Source: Lama guanicoe
Lineage: Eukaryota
Length of the DNA stretch: 64,000 nt
Direction: 5' to 3'
NCBI GenBank assembly: GCA_013239625.1
Contig: MU053881.1
Coordinates: forward strand, 496,001-560,000
Shown here: in pieces, positions 11,851-24,268 of the stretch
Numbering within the stretch: the stretch's first letter is position 1
How the letters are laid out: each line of letters opens with the position of its first letter
The notes under the pieces: model-generated
What the model saw: the letters and a program-made list of their open reading frames with translations, nothing else
The model's database searches: none
What the model was told of the DNA's origin: nothing
Program-made: the position numbers and the translations under genes

Positions 11851-14800
11851 GCAAAACAATTCCTCTGAGTCTTTCAAAGTTCTGTGAAGATGGCCGTCTG
11901 CCTTTATCATTTGGCAAATGAATTTTCATTTTCTCCCATGAAATAGAATACAGACTCATAGGAGCTTGTGACTACCTGTGATTCAAACCACAATTCAGAG
12001 GGAAATATTTGTTTCACCTGCAGTCACTTTGCTTACTCCCATGCTGATCCATCAGACTAGATGAGGGGCTTACAGCCAGCCCACTTCCTAAAAATTTCAC
12101 AAATGACTGAAAACTAGTCACAGCAAGTAGCTGCTCACTAGGCACTTTTACAGAATTATTAAGTCATTTACTAGTCAGCCTTGCTGCCTGCCAGTGGCAG
12201 CAGAATCTACCAGGTGCTCAGTTCATGTATCAGACATTTTAGACAACGTTCAACAGGCTTGTTACCCATTATGAATTGGAGTTCGGTGCGTAAGTGCCTG
12301 CATGACTCAGAATCTGTGTCATAGATCTTAGATCCATGTCTCAGTCCAACTCTTCTCTAATCAGCCTCTGTAAAGGTTTGAACTGCCGTTGTTTACTTGG
12401 ATATTATTTCTGTGCATTCAGTCAAAACCACTCTGAAGGACAACTTCCATGATCCCATTTAGAGAGAGAAATTGAGAGAGAATGAGAGTGTGTGTCTGTG
12501 TGTACTCATGTGGATGCATGAAAACATGGTCACCGAAACATTAATGGTGGTTATCTTAACTTAGTACAGTTTTGCGTGGTGTTTTCCTCTCCTGTTGTGC
12601 TTTTATGTGTTGATTCTTCTTTTGTAACCTGAATTACTTAATTTTTTAAAGGGCATTTTAATTGTATGGATAAAAGAAAGTTAATAGCCACTCTTACTCA
12701 GTATCTCTTTCCCAAAAGTGATGAAAAATTCCTATGCGATTTTAATTCCAGCGAAAATTTTATTTCAGCAAATAAATTTATAATTATCCTTCATTAATGA
12801 ATTCTTTTAAATCTATCTTATTTCCCTTTTTGCCTTTACTGAAAAATTAGTCAGAATGAGATTGCCTTTTCAGTTTCATTGCTCTGCTTCGGTTTTCTAA
12901 ATAACCTCGTCCATTTGTAAGATAATCTTCTGTATAAATAGATTCCATCTTTTCACAAGTCAGTGATCTGTCTGGAAATCAGTAGTAATTTCCACCTCTG
13001 TGCATCCTACCTACCATTACAGTTTACTTTTCTGACAGTGTTACGCTGAGCCCGTGTGTTGCGATGTCAGCAAGACCTTATCCCAGGCTAGTCACTGGTG
13101 AAACCCCGGGGCAAGATGAAGCAGCCTGGAGCCAGCAGGTCCAGGCTCCGCGGGCTCGTGGGCAGCTGCTCTGCTGGGGCTGGAAGCCCGCCCATCTCCC
13201 GCCCACGCGCTGCACGTGTCCCCAGGGCTTGATGCCATTGGCTTGATTCAGAAGCCAATCAGAAGTCCCCGTATCTGGGGCCACGCCCCTTCTGTTGTGA
13301 CGAAATGCCATTTAAGAACTCGACCATGACTAACTGCTCTAACTTTTTTAATACTGCAAACAAATCTCTTGACTTTTGAGACTTTGCCAATATAAAGGGG
13401 CTAGTAGTCAAAGAAGCAAATAAAAGCAAGGTAAATATATTTACATGTATTAGCTCCCCGTCTATTTCTTAGCTCCTAAGTGAGCAAGGTTATTGAACTC
13501 CAGTTCCTAACCGACGTTTTCTGCTCTACTTCATTCCTCAAATAAACCTTGTTAACCCCAACATTTACCAGCTTATATTTATATAAATCTACTTTCCCCT
13601 CAGCATAACAAAAGTAAATATTTTCGTCATTGCTTTTATTTGAGGAATAAGTTGTCAGATTCGCGGATGATGAAGGAGAGATTTTGAGTTGAATGGGAGG
13701 TTCAGCAAGGTGTCCTTCACAGCCCTTTCTCAGCTCCCAGATTCTGATGCATAGAAACCATGTTCTGAGATTTGCAGGAGTGTAGCCCAGGCGTTCAAGA
13801 TGCAGAATAGTCCCTTAAGGGGGAAATGAGTCTGATGCGGTTAACCTGATGAAGTAGCTGGAACAAATGTGAGATCCTCTGGCATAGCCAGGGACCAGGA
13901 AGCCCCAGCTCTGCAGCAGGACGCCGCACTTGTGTTGTCTGCATGGGTCTTCTTGTAGAGAAGATTTTGTGGTGGAAATGTAGGGGCCAGCCCAGAGGAA
14001 TGGGTGTCTGTTATTCTCTGCTGAGTATTTCTGACTTGTTCTGCTCAGACTCTTTGAAAGGAACATCGACATATTTCAGTATAAAAGGGTCTGAAATGTA
14101 ATCATTTGATACCTCAGGAATGCTTACCTTAGAAATGAGGGGAGTGGGGTGATATGAGAGGTGTTTCCAGGTATTTGAAGGATTTTCAGAGGTGAGAACA
14201 GCTACTATTTGCTGCAGGCCTACCAAGAGGGTACTCCTGTGTTGGGCTCTGTTACTGCCCACGTTGCCCCGTTTAGTGCCCATGGTCGTCCCACAGTGGC
14301 TGACCGGCGCATGCAGAGGGTGATGCCTGCTGTGAGGTTCTGGAGCTCTGGGGGTAGATTTCCTCCTAATGTTTGAAGGAACTTCCTCCAGTTGGAGCTG
14401 TTCACCCACGACATGGGCCATCTTGAAAGCTGACAAGCCTGCCAGGACCTGCCTGTTCACACAGAGGCCGCCAGGCTGCAGCTGTTCAGAGGCAGGCCCG
14501 GGGTCAGGTGGAAGGAAGTCTGACGCCTCCCAGTCCCACGAGTCCCTCTTGTCCTAAATGGTCCCAGAGCCCAAGGAGAGAGGCTGCCTCTTTTAGAACC
14601 TTCAGTGTCAAAAGGAGTGTTTTTAAAGCTTTTTTTTGCAGCCACCTCCTGCTGTAAGAAAGACACTTTACACTGTGGCCCAGCATTCCCGCGTGTGTAA
14701 CTGAAACAGAAGTTTCACAGTTTCCCTCACTACCTGCAGTATCTCTGACCTCTCTTCCCTGTGCTCTGTTGCTCACACTGATTTTATAATCCATTAGTAG

Positions 14801-15699
14801 GTTGCAGCCTGCACTTTGAGAAACACTGATCTAAAGAATTTTGAATTTTGAATTCTCAGCCGGGTACCTCTGCTCACACGGGCACCCGTGCCTGGCTGTT
14901 CACTCTCCTGAGACAGCCTTTTTTGTAACAACACCAGCAGAGATGTGCCCCCAGTTTGATCATGAATCCTCTTCTCCCTCTTGGCATCTTCCCCTTTCAG
15001 CCGCTCTGAGCCTGAGAGATACACACAGAGGAGCAGCCCTAGGCCAGAGGAACCAAGGGACCCCCGAGAAATGCCACAGGAAGAAGGGCGTGGGGCTCAT
15101 GCCCAGTGTCTCTAGTCCCAGCTCTTTCCTTCGCACTGCTTGTTTCTGACTGCTCCAGGGGACCGTTTAAGGGCTCCAAATAATATGGCTGAAGAAGACA
15201 AATTTGCTTTTCTAAAAATGTGATGACAGAAGGAAGATTAAAGCAATGGGCCTTTTGATTGAACTTCTGTACTGGCTTTGACAGTAGTCATTCTTTACTT
15301 TTTCCGAAGTACCTTTAATGTTTGATTGCATTATAATTTCTTAGAAAGGCAGCAAAAAAGCAAGATGTAAAAATCTTGATTTGCTCATTCAAAGTCGTTA
15401 TATCTAAGATACAGTTTTTCTGAGCAAATATTATAAAAAACCACGTATTTTCTTAAATATGAGCTACAATAAAGTGTAGAGCTTTACCTGAAGCTGCTGT
15501 GAGCAGCCTTCATGCCCGGCCGTTCATTCATTAGGCACCATCTCCCTGGTACTCCCAAGGCTCCAGGCCTCGCCCTGCAGGAGCCCTGGGGAGAAGGGGC
15601 TGTGCCCCCCCGTGCCCTGCACCACAGCGCTGGCTGAAGTGACAGGAGAGCCAGGAAGTGCCCGCGGGCCCAGCGGTGTGAGAGGAGCGCAGCCACTCA

Positions 15700-16260
15700 G
15701 CATCACACAGACACGAGGAACCGCCACTTCTGCAAAAGGCTTCCTGGAGGGAGTGACTTAGGGACAAGGCCAGGCGTAATTAAGGCACAAGGGGTGGGAA
15801 AAGCAGATCAGGTCCAGGCAGCTGTTTGGTTTGATGTGCCTACCGTAGGTGGTGGAGGGGAGGGTGGTAGGTAGACTACAGAATTTGGATTTAATTTTTG
15901 GAAATAGCAGGAAGTGTCTAAGGCTTTTCAGCAAAAAGGAAATTCCTGGTGACCGAGAAGTTGCTTTGACGAGGTAGTGACAGGAGGCAGGAAGGTAGGT
16001 TGGGTGAAAATGTGGAGCTGAAGGAGGAGGTCAGGGGGATGAAGAGGAGATAAAACAGGAGATGCTGGAGAGTTGTGTGATGCCTAAGGATTGGGTGGCT
16101 TGAAATACGGACCTGGAACTGAGCATAGAGAAGAGAGAGCAGAACTGAAGTTACAACATGGGAACCACAGCAGTGAACCAGACCACACAGGGTCCAAGCC
16201 AGGGCGATCCCCTGGTGCCAGGCTGCAGCATTAGCCTGAGGGTAGCACAGGAAACAGAGA
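15700..16260 (-). mobile_element. L2 LINE fragment (highly diverged)
   Basis: Purine-rich L2-type motifs (ggcttcctggagggagtgactt..., gaatttggatttaatt..., aggcttttcagca); boundaries approximate. Confidence 0.5.
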
Positions 16261-16801
16261 GGTTTCAGGTCCCTTCAGGCACCTGACTTAGGGACGGACA
16301 CACACACACACTTAAAATCTGGGGAATTCCTGTAAGAAAACCAGACATCTCTGGAAATCTGTACTGTTCAAATCTTATTTTAAAATAAATAAATGACAAA
16401 CTAGTTTGAGGTATGAAGGGGGAGCATACTATAAAGACAGCAGCTACAGATTTCAAGACGCTCAGCATTTAGAACGTGTGTTCAAACCAGGAAAAGTTGT
16501 AATTATATGATAATTGTCCCTGCATTTTCAAACAAGATGCCATTAGCCCATACTTTTCCCTGCATTCCTTTTGGGAGTAGGAACACACTTTTAAGTGACT
16601 GAGCCCCTTGACCTCAGATCGGAAGCTGCTGGGTTCAGGAAAATGCTAATGTTACTGGCTTTACCAGATACTGGGCTGGGAAGTATCTGGGGACAGCCCC
16701 AGGCCACCCTTCAGTTAGGATCACTTTCTCTGTTATTTTAAGACATTGACAATGACACTCTGACTAACTCTTGACCTCTCTTTTTTCCTTTTATTCCATA
16801 G

Positions 16802-16817
16802 GGTAGAATGGTTTTGA
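16802..16817 (+). CDS. RNF130: RNF130 proximal last coding exon (exon 9 equivalent): (E)VEWF-stop
   Basis: branch-point-like tgactaac at 16761, long pyrimidine tract, ccatag|G GTA GAA TGG TTT TGA; completes phase-2 codon from previous exon. Confidence 0.93.
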
Positions 16818-16960
16818 AGAAGGAAAAAACTGCTTTCTGACTGATTGCCTTGAAGGAAAAAAGAACCTATTTTTGTGCATCATTTACCAATCATGCCACA
16901 CAAGCATTTATTTTTAGTACATTTTATTTTTTCATAAAATTGCTAATGCCAAAGCTTTGT

Positions 16961-16988
16961 ATTAAAATAAATAAATAATAAAATTAAA
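16961..16988 (+). terminator. RNF130: Polyadenylation signal cluster of RNF130 proximal 3' UTR
   Basis: ATTAAA 16961, AATAAA 16966/16970/16977, ATTAAA 16983, about 145-170 nt after the stop, in an AU-rich UTR. Confidence 0.85.
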
Positions 16989-17756
16989 AGACTGTTATCG
17001 AGTGTCATTCACGGTCGTACGGTTGGAGGGCTGATTCTGAGATCATGTGCTCAGCTTCCAAGTGTGTGCGCTTCAGAGACAGAAAGTGCTCACCCTCCCC
17101 GTGGGAGGGACAGTGTTTCTGCTGTGTTTTCTGTTGGCTCCTGCTGTGCCCAGATAGGACCCAGGCTTTGGGGGCGTCCTGTGTGGTGATGCCCCCTCGG
17201 GCTCTGAATTGAGTGGGTTATTCCATTTTATTTTCTTCAAGTTTCACTCTCTGATAATTTCTTGTTTCTTTGTTTGTGATTGATCTGCCTCTGCCAGAAC
17301 AGACAGTCACAGAGACATCGAGTTGTGTCACTTGCCTCTGTGTCACTGGTACCTAGTAGGGTTCTTTTGCACATAGTAAGTGCTCAATAAATGGGGTGAA
17401 AGGATGAGTATAAGAAAGTGTTTCCAAAATACACACCAATTAGTAATAAATTATGTCTGTCCAAGTTTTTTTTTACCTAGTTTGTACTGTATTCTTTTAA
17501 AAACAGCAAACTCTGTCAAGTTGGATGGAGCAATTTCACATGTGTAAATGAAATGTGTTTTGCATTATTTTTGAGGAAGATGTTGGAATATTTTGTTCTA
17601 TTGAATCATACACTTGAAGGATTATCAGTATATGTAAATGTTCTGAGCCCTGAATTCTCAATCCCCAACACCAGCATTCCTGAAAGATGAAAGTATTCCT
17701 GTCTGTAACAGGTTCGTTACAGCAGTCCTACTCAAATCAGTAAGGGGTTGAAGACT

Positions 17757-19365
17757 TTGTTTATTGAGATATAATTCACACACCATAATATTTATTCTTT
17801 TAAAGGGTAAACCATTTCAGTAATTCTTGGTATATTCACAAGGTTGTACAACCATTGCAACTATCTAATTCTAGAACATTTTTATCATCCCCAAAAGAGC
17901 CTTATTTATACCATGAACTGTAACCTCTCACCCCTGTCACCCCCACTGCCAGCCCAGAGACCGCTAATCTACTCTCTGTCTTTGGATTTGCCTGTTCTGG
18001 GCATTTCATGGGGACAGAATCATACAATATGTGGCCTTTGTGTCTCACTTCTTTCACTTAGTATAATGTTTTCAAAGTTCATCCAGTTGTAGCATGTATC
18101 AGTACCTCATGCTTTTTCAGGGCTGAATACTATTCCATTGTATGGCTGTACACCACACTTAATTGATCCATGCATACATTGGTGGACATTTGTGTTGTTT
18201 CCACGTTTTGGCTGTTATGAATAATGCTGCTATGAACGTTTGTATACACATTTTTGTGTCAACATACTCTTTACAGTTCTTTTGGATAGATCCCTAGGAA
18301 TAGAATTGCTGAGGTGTATGTTAACTCTAACTTACTAAAAAACTACCAAAGTGTTCTCTAAGCACTGTACAACTTCACATTTCTACCAGCAATGTGCAAG
18401 GGTTCCAATTTCTCTACATCCTCACCAGTGCATATTATTTACCTTTTTTTAAAAAAAATTACAGCCATGTCTAGTGGGTGTGAAGTGGCTCCTCATTATT
18501 GTTTTCATTGCATTTTCCTAATGAGTAATGATGGTGAGCATCTTCCTGTGCTTTTTGACCACTTGCATATCTTTAGAGAAATAGATCTAAGTCCTTTGCC
18601 CATTTTTTGGACTTTTTTAATTTTTATTTTTTTAAGCTTTTTGTTGGGGGAGAGGTAATTAGGTTTATCTATATCTATATCTTTTTTTTTTTAATGGAGG
18701 TACTGGAGATGGAACCCAGGACCTCATGCATGCTAAGCATGCACTCTATCACGGAGCTATACCCTCCCCCTTGGACTTATTTTTTTATTACTGAGTTGTA
18801 AGAGTTCTTTATATATTCCAGATACTAGGCCCTTAGAAAAACAGTTTGCAAATATTTTCTCCTATAAGTTCCATTCACTTTCTTGATGGTATCTTTTGAA
18901 ATACAAGTCTCCTGTTTTGGGGGTATTTTAATGGAGTCCAATTTGTCTTTTTTCTTTGGTTGTTTGTGTTTTAGGAGTCATATCTAAGAACCCATTACCT
19001 AATTCAAGGTTGCAGAAACTTCCAAGAGCTTTATAGTTTTAGCTTTTATACTTTAGTCTTTCATCCATTGTGAATTAATGTACGTATATGATAGGAGGGA
19101 GAGGTCCAAATTCATTCTTTTGCCTGTCAATATCCATTTGTCCCAGTACCATTTGTTAAAGAGATTATTCTTTTTTCCCTGTTGAATGGTCTTGATAACT
19201 TTGTCAAGAATCAGTTGAGCATAATGCATAATATATTCTATTTTATTGATCTCTGTGTCTGCCTTTCTGCCTGTATCACCTGGTATTGATTACTGTTGCT
19301 TTGTAGTAAGTTTGAAATCGAGAAATGTGAGTTTTCCAACTTTGTTTTTCCCTTTTCAATATGAA
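17757..19365 (-). mobile_element. L1 (L1MA/MB-type) 3' UTR and ORF2 end
   Basis: tttattgagatataattcaca...ttctttcacttagtataatgttttcaaagttcatcc...gaataatgctgctatgaac...: typical antisense L1 3' end. Confidence 0.9.
18615..18770 (-). mobile_element. tRNA-derived SINE, Vic-1-like, nested in an L1
   Basis: Same family as the 889-1060 copy (gaacccaggacctc...gagctataccctcccc); direct repeat TTGGACTT at 18607-18614 and 18771-18778. Confidence 0.88.
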
Positions 19366-20906
19366 ATATATTAATTTTAAAGTAGCAGCAGAAGACTGAC
19401 AGTGTCTTGAAAGAAATGATAAAAACCAGAAAACAGTGTAATGAAATGTTAGGGGGGAAAAAACCTGCCAACCTAAAAACCTCAGGAAAAAAATTCATCA
19501 AAAATAAAGACGAAACAAGGCATTTTCCAATAAACAGAAACACCAAGGGTGAGTTCTTCAGACAGAAGAAAAATTATTTCAGATAAAAACATGGAGATGC
19601 AGGAAGATTCGAGAGCAACAGAAAGGGTAAATATGTGGATAAAGTGATAATTGATGTACAGAACACTAATGTCTTATGAAAATTAGTCAACATTAATTGC
19701 ACAAAAGATGGGAGAGGATAAATAGAATAAAAGTACCTTAAGACACTTGCATTTCCAGGAATAATTAAAATTTAAAAATAAAAATAATTAACATAGAATG
19801 GGATAAATATAAAACAATAAAATGATAGGTTTAAATCCTAATATGTCATTAATGAATGTAAATGGATGCTTAAATACTCAAAAATTAGACTAGATACAAA
19901 ATTTACATACAAACATCTATGTGTGATATTTCTTTAATATACGGATACAGAAATGTTGGAAGTAAAATGATAGGAAATATATATATCATGTAAGTATTAA
20001 CCAAAAGAAAATTTATATAAGTAAAAGGCAAAATATGCTTTAAGATAAAGAGGGACGTTTCATAATGATGAAAGAGTCCGTCATGAAGAAACTAGTTCTC
20101 AATTTGTGTACCTGATATGTCTTCAAAATACATGAAGGAAAAATTGACAGCTAAAAAGCAAAATAGACAGTTTCACTATCATAATGGGATTTTTAAACAC
20201 ATCTCTTGTTAACAAGCAGAAAAATACTCATTACGGATCTAGATTTGAACAACACAATAAGTAATATGTAATTGACTATAGGATATATATTATTTTCAAG
20301 AACACATAGATCATTTACTAAAATAGACCATATTCTGGGTGTTAAATCAAATTTCAACAAATACGTAAGAACTGAAATCATGCAGAGTATGTTTTCTGAC
20401 CAGTGGCATTAAGTTAGAAATCAAAAACACAAAGATAATTGAAATGATTCCTAAATTATTGGAATCAAATAATATATTTCTTAAAACACTCATGAGTCAA
20501 AGAAATTGCACTTGTTTTTAAAGTTTTAAAATTTAACTGAATGCCAATAAAATCACAATATATCAAAACTTGTGTGATGCAGCTAAAGCAATGTTGGAGT
20601 GAAATTTGTGGCCTTAAGTGCGTGTATTAGAACTGAAGAAAGGCTAGAAGATCAGTGTTAGAAGCATTCCTCTCAATTAAAGGACAACAAACTGAATCAA
20701 ACAAAGGCGATAATAATGCTAATAAAATAATTTAATAGAAAACAAATATACAATAGAAAAAAAATCAACCAAGCATAAAGTTGTTTCTCTGAAAAGAATA
20801 ATAAAATTGATAACCTCTGCTGATCAAGAGAAAAGACTCAAATGACCCATAAGAAGAGCAGAAAGGGGGACATCCCTACAGAGCCTACACACATTAAAAA
20901 TAATGA

Positions 20907-21123
20907 TTATAAAGTTCATAAAAACAGAAAGTCAAATGGTGGCTACCAGGTTAGAGCGAGGGGGTGAAAGGGAAGTTGTTAAGGGGGTACAGATTTCAGA
21001 TCTGCAGGATGAAAAAGTTCTGCAGATCTGTTTCACAACAATATAATATACTTAACACTACTCAACTACACACTTAAAAAGGATAAGATGGCAAATTTTA
21101 TGTTATGTATTTTTTACTGTAAT
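20907..21123 (+). mobile_element. 5'-truncated L1 3' end inserted in older L1
   Basis: gatgaaaaagttctgcagatctg...cacttaaaaaggataagatggcaaattttatgttatg; direct repeat AAAATAATGA at 20897-20906 and 21124-21133. Confidence 0.75.
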
Positions 21124-21303
21124 AAAATAATGAAAGTATTATGACAACTTATGTTAGTAATCTCTGAAATGTAAATGAAATGGAAAAATTCCTTGAAAAA
21201 TACAAAGCACCAACACTGAGAGAAGAAACAGGAGATCTGAATTCCACATCTAGGTAATAAATTAAATCCCTGGTTTAAAACACTCCTTCAAAGAAAAACT
21301 CTA

Positions 21304-21531
21304 GGGGTAGGGGATTAAGAGTTACAGATTACTACGTATAAAACAAATGTGATACAAGGATACAGTGGGCAGCATGGGGAATATAACCAGTATTTTATAG
21401 CTTTAAATCAGGTATAATCTATAAAAATACTGAATCACTATGTTGTACACCTGAAACTAATATAATGTTATACATATTATTAATATAATAATATTGTCTA
21501 TACTTTAATAAAAATAATAATTAAAATTTTT
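21304..21531 (+). mobile_element. 5'-truncated artiodactyl-type L1 3' end inserted in older L1
   Basis: aaaaatactgaatcactatgttgtacacctgaaactaatataat...; exact direct repeat AAAAACTCTA at 21294-21303 and 21532-21541. Confidence 0.8.
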
Positions 21532-23939
21532 AAAAACTCTAAGCCTAGATGGTTTCACTGGTGAATTGTTTATAACATTAAGGAAGAAATAACAACAGCC
21601 TTACACAGGTTTGTCCAGAGAACAGAGAAAGAGGAGCACTTCCAAGCCTTTCAATGATACCAGCATGACATTAACACCAAATCATGACAAAGACAAGAAA
21701 AGAAAAGTACAGGTTAATTCACTTTATGAATATAGATGCAAATATTCTAAATAAAATATTAGCTAAATAAATCTGACAATGTATAAGTAGGAAAAAATAA
21801 CCAGGTTAGATTTATTTTAAAGTGCAAAGTTGAAAATCAGTGTGATTCAACACATTAACAGAATAGAAGTGGGAAGCCATGTTTTTATCTTAATAGATAT
21901 GGAAAAGGCATTTGCTGAAATTCAACACCCACTCCTGATTTTAAAAGAAACGAACTTTTAGCAAACTAGAGGAAGAAGAACACTTCCTTATCTAATAGTG
22001 AGTATTTTCAAAACTTCAGCAAACATTATGCTTAATGATGAAATATTTAAAACTTTTCCCTAAGGTTGGCAATCGAGATACCCCCTTGACTTCTCCAACA
22101 TTTTATTGGTATTCTCAGCCATGTGATAAGACAAGAAAAAGAAACAAAAGGTGTAAGGATTGGAAAGGAAGAAATAAAACTATTTACAAACAGCATAGTA
22201 ATACAAGATTCTGCACATCAGCTCTTAAAATGAGTGAGTAAATTTAGCAGGGTCAACTGTATTTCTATATGCCAATAATAAACAATTAAAAATGAAATTT
22301 TCAAAATGATACCATTTACAAAAGCATCGAACATACATCAAGTAATAAGGAATAAATCTAAAAGAATATGTGTAAGAGCTCTGCACAGAAAACTATCAAG
22401 CATTATTGAGAGAAATTTAAGGTGACCTAAATAAATGGACATGCTAAGTTGACAGGTTTTTAAGACTGGATAGTATAAAGATGTTAATTTTCCCCAGACT
22501 GACCTATATATTCACTGCAGTTTCAGTCAGATCCCAGGAGGGTTGTGTGTGTGTGTGTTAGAGAGAAACTTGAGAAGCTGTCTGTAAAATTTGCGTGGCA
22601 ATGAAATGGACCAAAAATAACAAGTCCTGAAGAATGATAAAGTGGAAGGATTTTACAGAACTGGATATTAAGGGGTTTTATAAAGGTACAGTAATTAAGA
22701 CTGTGAGGGGTTGATGCAGGGATGGACAAATGGCTTAGCAGAACAGAATATGGTCCCCAAAACAACTATGCATTTTTGGACACTTGATTCATACGAAGGT
22801 AGCTCTGTGTAGTAGTGGGGATAAGGATGGGCTTTCCAATAAATGGTGCTGGGTCACCTGAAAATCTATAGAGAGAGAAACGAATCTTGATTCCTACTTC
22901 ACACCATACTCAAAGATGAATTTGAAGTAGAGCATAGACCTAAATGTGAAAGGCAAAACAATCTTCAAAACCTTGGGATATGCAGTTCCTTAAACAGGTC
23001 TCAGAGAGCTCTAACCATAAGATAAAAGATAGGTAAATTGGTCCACACTAAAACTGAGAAACTCTGTTTATCAGAATATGCTTTTTTGGAAGAAGATAAC
23101 CTGTAATACTTGTAACAATGTAATAACTCATACATATTACTTACGTAATGTCCTAAGAAGTACTTCTGACAAAGGACTCATACTCAGGACAAAGAAGGGA
23201 AAGACCGACAGCCTGACAAAAAAATGAGCGAAAGAAATAAGCACACATTTTAAGATGAGCAAGATGTACAGATAGCCCAAAAGCATGTGGAAAAGCGCTC
23301 ACCCTTTTCAGTCATCAGGGGAATGTAAATTAAAACCACAGGGAAATAACTATTATATACCCACCAGAAGTGAAAAAATGAACGAGTCAGAAAACACCAA
23401 GTATGAGTGTAGATGCAAGACAACTGGAATTCTCATCTACCCGGGGGGAAAGATTGGAAAGCCGCCGGTGTCTGCTCGGACTGCCAGGACTCGCGTGCCC
23501 TGGGAGCCAGCCACCCGCCTTGGTGCAGCCCAAAAGAGCTGCGTGCTTATGTTTACAAAGGAGAGGCGCAAGGCTGTTCCTAATAGCAGTGTTCACAGTG
23601 GCTCCCAGATGGAGACAACAACGCAAATGTCCATCAGCAGAAGGTTAGACAAAGTGTGGGGCAGTCACACGGCAGAGTATCAGGCAGCCAGGAAGACGAA
23701 CAAACTGCTGCCCTATCCAGGGACATGGATGAGTATCCCAACATAGCCTTGTCCGAGAGGGTCCAGACACAAACGAACATACGCTCTTTTCTGTTCACTT
23801 TTATTTTCTGTTTCTGTAAAACATGAAACAGAAAATAAAAACTCTGAAAAGGTCTGGATTGTGGTTTTCTTTGGAGAAGAGAGGTCCTAATGATTGACAT
23901 CAGCAGAGGTCCGTGTAGGGTGCTGGTGGGTGCTGGTCC

Positions 23940-24268
23940 TTTTTTTTTTTTTTTAGGTTTCTTTTTTTTTTTTCTTGAAGTGTAGTCAATTACAATATGT
24001 CCATTTCTGGTGCACAGCATAATGTCCCAGTCATGCATATACACACATACATTCATTTTCATGTTCTGTTTCATTAAAGGTTATTACAAGATATTAAATA
24101 TAGTTCCCTGTGCTGTACAGATGAAATCTGATCTTTATCTGTTTCTATATATGATGGCTAACATTTGCAAATCTCAAACTCCCGAATGTATCCCTTCCCA
24201 CCCGCTTTCCCCCGGTACCTGTAAGGTTGTTTACTGTGTCTGCGAGCCTTTCTGCTTTGTAGATGAGA
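23940..24268 (-). mobile_element. Younger lineage-type L1 3' end (antisense) with intact poly(A)
   Basis: Long T-run at 23940-23975 followed by gaagtgtagtcaattacaat...ttattacaagatattaaatatagttccctgtgctgtacag. Confidence 0.8.

Noticed and set aside
14801..14865. Possible cryptic exon after a pyrimidine tract (attagtag|gttgcag...ccgg|gtacct)
   Set aside because: Poor donor, early stop in the expected frame, no independent evidence
1..17000. miR-340 hairpin, known to be hosted in an RNF130 intron
   Set aside because: Mature sequence not seen; as I recall it lies in an earlier intron upstream of this window
23285..23746. 153-aa ORF in L1
   Set aside because: Degraded L1 ORF2 end and 3' UTR opened by GC shift; not an intact element
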